From a virus: a stretch of 64,000 nucleotides of DNA. A model generated the notes under the pieces. It saw nothing but the letters and a program-made list of their open reading frames with translations, did no database searches and was not told where the DNA came from. Positions 50,001 to 56,070 of this stretch are shown here, piece after piece (position 1 is the stretch's first letter; the number at the start of each line of letters is the position of its first letter). The stretch is from positions 1 to 64,000 of the IMG/VR virus record IMGVR_UViG_3300020438_000012. The stretch is one strand, 5' to 3'. Position numbers and translations under genes: made by a program.

Positions 50001-50095
50001 ACACGGTGAGAGGAAAGATTTTCCTCCAGCCTACTCGCTCCGTCGAGTTCATCTCTCTTGACTTCGTCGTTTCGAACGCCGGTGCAGAGATCTAA
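47060..50095 (+). CDS. tail sheath protein 2
   Basis: SPGVSTREIDLS, KGPAFVP, WFAPAGFARG, LYDARINPI, IFGQKTLQ, LDRVNVRRLL, FEPN. Confidence 0.95.
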   Translation: MAELTFRSPGVSTREIDLSGPQPTQPQGTPAAVVGTAEKGPAFVPVTFASYRDFASKFGNTDGEKFGPIAIAQWFANRQAGTYLRVLGAGDGKTRASDGSVTRAGFVVGSRLPQASGLLGDNVHANTGGVGEGRTFFLGCFMSESAGSTIFSEAGLTGNKAHSILRGVILAPSGVVPFLSSTLETDNAPNAAAGAAGIPNSAGGSDAGALIGTVNKVSQEFVLLLNGLKQTESEGKNIITASFDPQASNYFPNVLNTDPLLIESQGHLLYRHYDVYSSYAQITGSGYAGSLGAPVLGGNLEQAAFITTGSLAKNTQSAEVPNFEAFKDRFQHAFSPFVVSQKFGGSPTNLFKVHCLDAGLYPNKRFKVSVENIQKSNNPDVKFGKFDVVVREFGDDDRNLRVLEAFRGLSIDPNSERYVARVIGDLNTFYDFDQRPGSQKVVVEGKFPNSSNLIRVQMNSVVDDGEIDQEALPVGFRGLNHLVTSGTTAAGNVMLASTGSTVGAVVHVSASLFKGTPVEPPVPFRRNVAVGTGTAKRSDAQLYWGAQFEPLDSLTLPNKNNAPQIQRSPMDAYTNYFANYHVGSRNPSVGGNEGTANDGGVVLDADAFNNNIFSLERVQVVTSSTDVVDSKEWQAAVYRRDEALASSLTKNDGVTQPGRFLNIDKDFGDIASKQFFKFSFPVQGGFDGVNIFDDDKSNLLDVAIKREVADSNQGGINGPTVQSYRKAIDILEEKSDVDIQLLAIPGIRQSQVTDYAIDAVENRFDALYIMDIPVSDAENNEITGSAGLPNVTNTVTTFKGRPLDSSFAAAYFPDVVVTDPTTNTNVQVPPSVAVLGAFGLNDAVAFPWFAPAGFARGALAASEVAVKTNRSNLDALYDARINPITVFPGQGGPTIFGQKTLQAAESALDRVNVRRLLIEIRRQVRQVANTFIFEPNRETTLARFSGAVTPILNRIQQQQGVDRFRVQIDTTTTTQADVENNTVRGKIFLQPTRSVEFISLDFVVSNAGAEI

Positions 50096-50108
50096 GCAAG
50101 CAAACCTG

Positions 50109-50115
50109 ATACTTA
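50109..50115 (+). promoter_or_regulatory. ATACTTA candidate late promoter
   Basis: Intergenic, before AGGAG SD and tail tube ATG 50135. Confidence 0.65.
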
Positions 50116-50134
50116 TCGCTAGGAGAACAAAAAA

Positions 50135-50623
50135 ATGGCAGAGACACTTTCAGTCACCGATATGTTGCCGAACAAGTTTGAGCCGAAGCGACAGTTTCGG
50201 TGGGTGTTCGCGATCGAGGGTATCGACGCGTTCCTCATGAAGACTGCTGCTCGTCCAACAATTAACACCGAGGAAGTGACGATTCCTTTTATCAACTCAA
50301 CTCGCTACATCGCCGGCAAAACAACGTTTGATACGCTCAGCGTTACGCTCCACGATCCGATTGCACCTTCCGGTGCACAGCAGGTTATGGAATGGATCCG
50401 CACCCACTTTGAGTCTGTTTCAGGCCGCGCTGGTTATGCCGACTTTTACAAGCGAGATTGCCAGATCAAGATGCTTGACCCGGTCGGCACCGTCGTAGAG
50501 CTTTGGGACATCAAAGGATCGTTTATTACTTCTGCCGGGTTTGGAGACTTGAGCTACGATTCCTCAGATCCTTCTGAGATTTCGCTAACACTTAGGTTTG
50601 ATAATTGCGTCCTGCAGTTCTGA
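50135..50623 (+). CDS. tail tube protein (T4 gp19-like)
   Basis: FEPKRQFRW, YIAGK, VTLHDPI, QQVMEW, YKRDCQIKMLDPVG, ISLTLRFD; follows the sheath genes. Confidence 0.9.
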   Translation: MAETLSVTDMLPNKFEPKRQFRWVFAIEGIDAFLMKTAARPTINTEEVTIPFINSTRYIAGKTTFDTLSVTLHDPIAPSGAQQVMEWIRTHFESVSGRAGYADFYKRDCQIKMLDPVGTVVELWDIKGSFITSAGFGDLSYDSSDPSEISLTLRFDNCVLQF

Positions 50624-50639
50624 TGTAGGGAAAACACTG

Positions 50640-50930
50640 ATGAAAATCACAAAACGACAACTTAGAAGAATCATCAAGGAGGCAATGCACTCCGAGTATG
50701 AGGATCTCTTCGACAACTCCCCGCCTCGACGCAAGGAGTCAATGCACTCCGACCCTCGCGAAGAAGCGCGAGATATTCTGCGACACTACGATATGATAGC
50801 GTCAGATGTTGGCGAGATCTATGTTGATGATTTAATCGATCACTGGGTTGGTCAAGGAAACCCTTCGCCAGGCCCTGGTGTTCGGGCGGAATTGATCAAG
50901 CTAAATTACGGAAACGAATATTTTAGGTGA
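50640..50930 (+). CDS. leader-array protein 1
   Basis: MKITKRQLRRIIKEA; start 50640 rather than 50598. Confidence 0.8.
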   Translation: MKITKRQLRRIIKEAMHSEYEDLFDNSPPRRKESMHSDPREEARDILRHYDMIASDVGEIYVDDLIDHWVGQGNPSPGPGVRAELIKLNYGNEYFR

Positions 50931-50939
50931 TGGTTTAAA

Positions 50940-51206
50940 ATGCGAATTACAAAGCGACAGCTTAAAACAATCATTAAGGAAGAGAGGTTCCGTCTTTTGA
51001 ACGAGGCCTCGCTTCAGCGTTCCAAGGCCCAGGTAGAAAATGCTTTGGGCAGCTTGCTCGTTGATTACATGGAAGAGCACTTGGACATGAGCGGCTCAAA
51101 TAGAGAAGACGCTTTGCGTCGTGCAAAGGAAGACCTCAAAAGCTTCGTTCGTGGCGCAATTGCAAACGCAGTAGACTTTGAACGAGATCCGCAGTCATAC
51201 ACTTGA
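50940..51206 (+). CDS. leader-array protein 2
   Basis: MRITKRQLKTIIKEERFRLLNE. Confidence 0.8.
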   Translation: MRITKRQLKTIIKEERFRLLNEASLQRSKAQVENALGSLLVDYMEEHLDMSGSNREDALRRAKEDLKSFVRGAIANAVDFERDPQSYT

Positions 51207-51224
51207 TACACTTAGGGAAATACA

Positions 51225-51488
51225 ATGAAAATTACAAAGAGACAACTTAGAAGAATCATCAAGGAAGAGAGAACGCGCATTCTCAGTGAGAACATGCATG
51301 ACGCTCAGGGTTTCTACGAGAAGAAGCTCACAATTCTCAACACAGCACTTTCGGCCCTAGAGGCAGCCAAGGATCACGAGAGAACAAGTGCAATGGGCGA
51401 AGATCCTGATCTAAACCAGCTTGTTAACATGGTCATTGGTTACATCGATGCCGTTGGTTCCATGGTTCAAATGGGAAGGCGCAGATAA
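51225..51488 (+). CDS. leader-array protein 3
   Basis: MKITKRQLRRIIKEERTRILSE. Confidence 0.8.
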   Translation: MKITKRQLRRIIKEERTRILSENMHDAQGFYEKKLTILNTALSALEAAKDHERTSAMGEDPDLNQLVNMVIGYIDAVGSMVQMGRRR

Positions 51489-51489
51489 A

Positions 51490-51828
51490 ATGAAAATCAC
51501 TAAAAGACAACTAAGAAGAATCATCAAGGAAGCCGCTATGCCGGGAGAAATGGTCAAAGTCACCGTTTCAATGGACGTTCCGTTCGGCTTGTTCCTTGAT
51601 GTCGACGACCGCCGGCCGAACCCAGAAATGGAAAGTTTGGAAGATATTGAGATGAATATCGAGGACGCATTGCGCGACTGGTTACAGCAATCTCTCAGAG
51701 AATTTCAGGGAGGCAACAGTGCTGCGTTTAAGGGCAAGCAGGGTGTTGAGCAACTTAGTCATGTCGAAATAATTGAAACCGCAACCTATTCAGCAATGGA
51801 TGACATCAAAGTATCAGTGAAGAGGTAA
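51490..51828 (+). CDS. leader-array protein 4
   Basis: MKITKRQLRRIIKEA; start 51490 rather than 51421. Confidence 0.8.
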   Translation: MKITKRQLRRIIKEAAMPGEMVKVTVSMDVPFGLFLDVDDRRPNPEMESLEDIEMNIEDALRDWLQQSLREFQGGNSAAFKGKQGVEQLSHVEIIETATYSAMDDIKVSVKR

Positions 51829-51830
51829 CC

Positions 51831-52091
51831 ATGAAAATCACAAAGTCACAACTGAAGAGAATCATCAAGGAAGAAAGAGCTAAACTCGTGAACGAGGCTC
51901 CTTCGGAAGACCTTATTACACTAGCCGCCATAGAAAACCATATTGGCATGCTAAAGCGTATGCTTGATGTGGCGGTAGACGGGGGCATGATGTCCTACAA
52001 TGAACATGACGACCTGGTCGACGCGCTCTACGATGTGGAAGGCGCGCTTCAAAAAGTAGCAGAAGGCGGCTCCGGCGCTCCGAGTTTCTAA
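51831..52091 (+). CDS. leader-array protein 5
   Basis: MKITKSQLKRIIKEERAKLVNE. Confidence 0.8.
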   Translation: MKITKSQLKRIIKEERAKLVNEAPSEDLITLAAIENHIGMLKRMLDVAVDGGMMSYNEHDDLVDALYDVEGALQKVAEGGSGAPSF

Positions 52092-52107
52092 AAGGATTAC
52101 CAAGCAT

Positions 52108-52524
52108 ATGAAAATCACGAAGCGCCAGCTTAGAAGAATCATCAAGGAAGAGTTGACTCGCGGTAGATACGATGAGTTAACCGACGAGTTGTCAGACTTG
52201 TACTCCAAGATCGAAGACGCAAAAAGTTTACCTGAACCAAATCGCACTGCCTCTTTTCAGTTTTACCAGAATGCCATCAATCAGCTTCAAGCTTATCTTG
52301 CAAAAGCTCGTGCGGAAGGCCTTTCAGAAATAAGCGAAGACTCGAATCCCGGTGATTACTACGCCAGAAAGGATCGAGAAGCTCGCGCACTTTCCGGCCA
52401 AGTTAATGCAATGCGTAAAAAGTTAAGCGGTTTACGTCAAGGTTCTCCCGAGCATCGCAAAGCCACTAAAGAACTCCGGGGACTAGAACAACGCCTTGAG
52501 TTAGCAAAGTATGTAGGAGATTAA
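52108..52524 (+). CDS. leader-array protein 6
   Basis: MKITKRQLRRIIKEEL. Confidence 0.8.
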   Translation: MKITKRQLRRIIKEELTRGRYDELTDELSDLYSKIEDAKSLPEPNRTASFQFYQNAINQLQAYLAKARAEGLSEISEDSNPGDYYARKDREARALSGQVNAMRKKLSGLRQGSPEHRKATKELRGLEQRLELAKYVGD

Positions 52525-52525
52525 C

Positions 52526-52795
52526 ATGAAAATTGCAAAACGACAGCTTAGAAGAATTATCAGGGAAGAGAAGCAGAGAGTCATCAATGAAAAACTTGCC
52601 GGACACCAGCATCAAAGACTGCTTGAAGACATTAGCATCATGTTTGAGAAAGAAATAAACACAAGGCTCAGCCAGGTCGACGGCGACTGGTATAGAGACC
52701 CTGAAACAGTGCAGGCTGTATCCGATATGCTTGACATGCTAAAGCGGCAAATGAAGTCATATGGGAAAGAGCGCTCTTGGTGGAGGGAGCGGTGA
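52526..52795 (+). CDS. leader-array protein 7
   Basis: MKIAKRQLRRIIREEKQRVINE. Confidence 0.8.
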   Translation: MKIAKRQLRRIIREEKQRVINEKLAGHQHQRLLEDISIMFEKEINTRLSQVDGDWYRDPETVQAVSDMLDMLKRQMKSYGKERSWWRER

Positions 52796-53058
52796 AAATC
52801 ACAAGGCACCAACTCAGAAGAATCATTAAGGAAGAGAAGGCCCGGCTAGCCGAGGCAAACCCTGACGGAACTGTGTCCGACAACGAGGATGCAGAGATTT
52901 TTGTCTTTCTTGCCGACGTTGAGGAACGCATCGAAGAGCTCGCGCAATTCATTGTAATGGAGTCTGAGAGAATCGGTGGTCGCTTCAGAGCACCCGGGCT
53001 TAGAAAGAGAGCGTTTCAGTCGATCCTCGAAATCATTCGTGAAGACTATAGGTTTTAG
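52792..53058 (+). CDS. leader-array protein 8
   Basis: GTG start at 52792 after GGAGGGAG; (M)KITRHQLRRIIKEEKARLAE. Confidence 0.8.
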   Translation: MKITRHQLRRIIKEEKARLAEANPDGTVSDNEDAEIFVFLADVEERIEELAQFIVMESERIGGRFRAPGLRKRAFQSILEIIREDYRF

Positions 53059-53130
53059 AGTTTCGCGACGAAGCTCGTCAGCGTATCATGAACAATTTAG
53101 AGCACGCTTCAAACCAAAAAGGAAAGTAAA

Positions 53131-53556
53131 ATGAGAATCACAAAGAGGCAGCTTAGAAGAATTATTAAGGAAGAGAGATCACGTCTGCTTGCGGAGACCC
53201 GCGTTCGCCGTTTTGTAAGACGAAAGCTTATGGAACAGCGCGGAACTGCGGTCATTGATGAACTTGCCGTGGACTTGCTGAGGGATCTCACCATGTATCA
53301 CCAGCGAGGCGTCGACTCTCTGGCTAATGAGTACAGATCTAGAGTTGCTGCACTTGGGCTTAGCAGAGAAGATTTCGAGGAGCAACTCGGCGATGCCTTC
53401 ACTGACGGTGATCCAGAGGCTGCATCTCGTTTTGAAGAGTATCGTGATGAGGAAGACGCAATGCGCGACGGAATGCCTCACAACGAAGAGATGGCTGCAG
53501 CATGGGACGACTTTGGTTTGATCCGGCGTGATTTGGCAGCAGCACTGTACCGATAG
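53131..53556 (+). CDS. leader-array protein 9
   Basis: MRITKRQLRRIIKEERSRLLAE; C-terminal domain shared with protein 10. Confidence 0.8.
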   Translation: MRITKRQLRRIIKEERSRLLAETRVRRFVRRKLMEQRGTAVIDELAVDLLRDLTMYHQRGVDSLANEYRSRVAALGLSREDFEEQLGDAFTDGDPEAASRFEEYRDEEDAMRDGMPHNEEMAAAWDDFGLIRRDLAAALYR

Positions 53557-53564
53557 GAAGTTCT

Positions 53565-54455
53565 GTGCGAATTAGAATTACGAGAACTCAGCTGCGTAGA
53601 GTCATTAGGGAATCCTGCCGCAGGATGGGTTCTCGTAATTCCTCTATTCGCTTGCTAGAAGATAATCACACCTATTGGGACCGATACCACGCGAAATGGC
53701 TCGAAACCGCACAGATGAGTGAGGAAGATTTTCAAGCGCTCGCGGACGAGTACAGGGCCATGGCCGCCGCCGGTGAAAAGGCGGCGAAGGGATACAAGGA
53801 GCGCGACCCAGACAACGTCCCTCAGGGTCCATGGACCGGTAATCGCGAGTATTGGAAAAACCCTGACATGAAAGGTTACAAGTTTACAGCGCGTCATCGG
53901 AATGTCGTCCCGCCCATGAATCTTGACATTCGACCCGAATACCCTATATTGTTTGGTATGTCTCTCGAAGATGCTTACAATATCCACGCGGCCTCGCCCG
54001 CCGGGTTATATCCCTATGGTTCTGGCAAGCCGGCGGGGACGGGGTACGCGGACTACGTGGAATACTACACGCGGAAAGACGTGAAGGCTCGCATTGCTCA
54101 AGCGAAAAAAAAATTCGCAAGTACACCGAAAGCCAAGCGTGATTTTGAAGACGAGCGCTACAGATGGGCGATCTGGCAGGTCGGCGACGAAGGACCTCCA
54201 GAAGCAGTCATAGATGATCTTGCTTTGGACTTGTTGAGAAACGTTCGCAAGTACGCCAAGAGCGGCGTCGGGCGCCTGGCCGGCAGATACAGGAAAAAAA
54301 TCCTTAAGCTTGGAATGAGTAAGGAAGATTTTGACACTGCGTTTGGCGATGCCATGACGGACGGTGATCCAGAAGTCTCTGACCGATTTTACAGGTACAA
54401 GGGTGATGATCTCCCGCAACTCATAAATGACTTAGTGTCAAAAATATATCGATAA
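53565..54455 (+). CDS. leader-array protein 10
   Basis: MRIRITRTQLRRVIRES; C-terminal GDAMTDGDPE domain shared with protein 9. Confidence 0.8.
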   Translation: MRIRITRTQLRRVIRESCRRMGSRNSSIRLLEDNHTYWDRYHAKWLETAQMSEEDFQALADEYRAMAAAGEKAAKGYKERDPDNVPQGPWTGNREYWKNPDMKGYKFTARHRNVVPPMNLDIRPEYPILFGMSLEDAYNIHAASPAGLYPYGSGKPAGTGYADYVEYYTRKDVKARIAQAKKKFASTPKAKRDFEDERYRWAIWQVGDEGPPEAVIDDLALDLLRNVRKYAKSGVGRLAGRYRKKILKLGMSKEDFDTAFGDAMTDGDPEVSDRFYRYKGDDLPQLINDLVSKIYR

Positions 54456-54464
54456 GGAATTTCA

Positions 54465-54659
54465 ATGCGAATCACAAAGCGCCAGCTTAAAAGAATCATT
54501 CTCGAAATGTACCATGATGACCAGCCGGATAGCATCTCGCAGAGACTAAAACTACGAAATGATATCGGAGAGCTGTCAATGAGCTTTGTTAGAACCGGTC
54601 TTGACAGAGACGAGGTTGCAGGAATCTTGCGTGACGTTGCAGACGGAATTGAGAGATAG
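54465..54659 (+). CDS. leader-array protein 11
   Basis: MRITKRQLKRIILEM. Confidence 0.75.
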   Translation: MRITKRQLKRIILEMYHDDQPDSISQRLKLRNDIGELSMSFVRTGLDRDEVAGILRDVADGIER

Positions 54660-54727
54660 TAAAAAAACGTAAGCTCTCTATTTATCTTTTACACAACCAC
54701 GTTATGATTGTGTGAGAGGTTTATAGT

Positions 54728-55555
54728 ATGAGCAACCGTGGATCAAACGCCGTCTTTTCGGGTGGCATTCAACAAACAGACGTAATGAAGGATTCTTTCG
54801 GCTACGAAGTGCCGGTTGAATCTGTTCCCCTGCCATCGCTTGGAAAGGCGTATCCAGAAGGAAACCCTCTCAGCGGTCAGGAAACCGTTGAGATTCGGGC
54901 AATGACAGCAAGAGAGGAAGATATCCTAACCTCTCGTGCGCTTATTAAAAAGGGCACTGTTATCACCCATCTTATTAAGTCTTGCCTCACAAACAAGTCT
55001 ATCGATGTCCGGAACATGATTTCTGGCGATCGTAACGCTTTGATGATCTCGCTGCGAATCACGGGTTACGGCCAAGAGTACGGTGTCGAGGTTGAGTGTC
55101 CGGCATGCGGAACTCGCTCAAAACAAGACTTTGATCTTGCAGCACTCGAGGTTAAGACCCTTGATATCGACCCGGTCACTCCCGGTACAAACGAATTTGA
55201 ATTTGTTCTTCCGGTTACAAAGAAAAAAGTAACCTTTAAGTTTCTAACAGGGGCAGACGAAGAAGAGATTGCAGTTGTTCAAGAGCGCAAGAAGAAGAGT
55301 GGCTTTAAGTCCGATAATCTTATTACAACGCGCCTTATGTATTCCATTGTTTCAATCGACGGAATTACGGACAAATCAAAAATCAACGGCTTTATTCGAA
55401 ACATGCCGGCTCGAGACTCACTCTTACTTCGCCGCTATATTGATCAGAATGAGCCAGGCATCGACATGAAGTCTTGGATGTCCTGCCAGAGTTGCTTTAC
55501 TGATTCGGAGGTACGGTTGCCACTGGGCGCCACGTTTTTTTGGCCTGACGCCTAG
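54728..55555 (+). CDS. tail/baseplate-hub assembly chaperone (T4 gp26-like)
   Basis: VPLPSLG, MTAREEDIL, LRITGYG, CPACG and CQSC Zn knuckles, FFWP end; upstream of the tape measure gene. Confidence 0.75.
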   Translation: MSNRGSNAVFSGGIQQTDVMKDSFGYEVPVESVPLPSLGKAYPEGNPLSGQETVEIRAMTAREEDILTSRALIKKGTVITHLIKSCLTNKSIDVRNMISGDRNALMISLRITGYGQEYGVEVECPACGTRSKQDFDLAALEVKTLDIDPVTPGTNEFEFVLPVTKKKVTFKFLTGADEEEIAVVQERKKKSGFKSDNLITTRLMYSIVSIDGITDKSKINGFIRNMPARDSLLLRRYIDQNEPGIDMKSWMSCQSCFTDSEVRLPLGATFFWPDA

Positions 55556-55805
55556 CGACAAAGAGGTCTACCTCGAACAGATCTTTCTCTTGATGTACTA
55601 CATGGGCTTCAGCTATAACGAAGGCTATGACCTTCCGATCTGGAAGCGGGTGTGGTTTATCAAGAGAATTAACGATGAGATTAAGAAGTCTAACGATGCC
55701 AACGCCCCGGCTTCTCGTGCTGCTCACGATAACACACCCGATCAAAGAGCGGTTTCAGGTAGAAGTCGTGCAAACGTTCCTGCAAAGCTCAGAAGGTTCA
55801 CATAA
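55536..55805 (+). CDS. downstream chaperone segment, probably reached by frameshift from 54728
   Basis: The frame is open from the run of 7 T: FFGLTPSDKEVYLEQIFLLMYYMGFSYNEGYDLPIWKRVWFI; no well-spaced SD for 55590/55593. Confidence 0.6.
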   Translation, partial: FFGLTPSDKEVYLEQIFLLMYYMGFSYNEGYDLPIWKRVWFIKRINDEIKKSNDANAPASRAAHDNTPDQRAVSGRSRANVPAKLRRFT

Positions 55806-55807
55806 CG

Positions 55808-56029
55808 ATGGATAAAAAACAGCGGCATGATATTGCGACCTATTTGTTAGGTGCCTCAGAGATGCCAACTGGAATCTCTGGAAACACTCAGCAGGCCGCC
55901 TTTGCAACCAAAAAGCTTAAGATGGCTCTTGACACTGGTGACATTGGTGGTATTTCTGATGCGATAAAGGTCAGGAGCACCGCCGCGGCGGCATACACGG
56001 TTCAAACTAAAAAGCCTTGGCCCTTTTGA
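55808..56029 (+). CDS. small hypothetical protein
   Basis: 73 aa ORF filling the gap before the tape measure gene. Confidence 0.5.
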   Translation: MDKKQRHDIATYLLGASEMPTGISGNTQQAAFATKKLKMALDTGDIGGISDAIKVRSTAAAAYTVQTKKPWPF

Positions 56030-56045
56030 GCACCCGCGCAAGAGA

Positions 56046-56052
56046 ATACTTA
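56046..56052 (+). promoter_or_regulatory. ATACTTA candidate late promoter
   Basis: Intergenic, before GAGG SD and GTG 56071. Confidence 0.6.
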
Positions 56053-56070
56053 TAGCCTGAGGATTCTGAC

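Larger units (their letters stand above)
50640..54659 (+). repeat. array of 11 tandem genes sharing an N-terminal leader M[KR]ITKRQL[RK]RIIKE[EA]
   Basis: Starts at 50640, 50940, 51225, 51490, 51831, 52108, 52526, 52792, 53131, 53565, 54465; ~45-nt coding repeat with synonymous variation. Confidence 0.95.

Noticed and set aside
50640-54659. CRISPR array or non-coding repeat array
   Set aside because: The repeats are in-frame coding starts with synonymous variation, the intervening parts are ORFs of 150-850 nt, and there are no cas genes.
50640-54659. RiPP precursor cluster or Sec/Tat signal peptides
   Set aside because: No modifying enzymes or transporter nearby, the cargo parts are protein-sized, and the leader has no hydrophobic h-region despite containing RR.
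54681-54708. Sigma70-like promoter before the tail chaperone (TTTATC-16-TATGAT)
   Set aside because: Weak match in AT-rich DNA and a single instance, so it cannot be supported.
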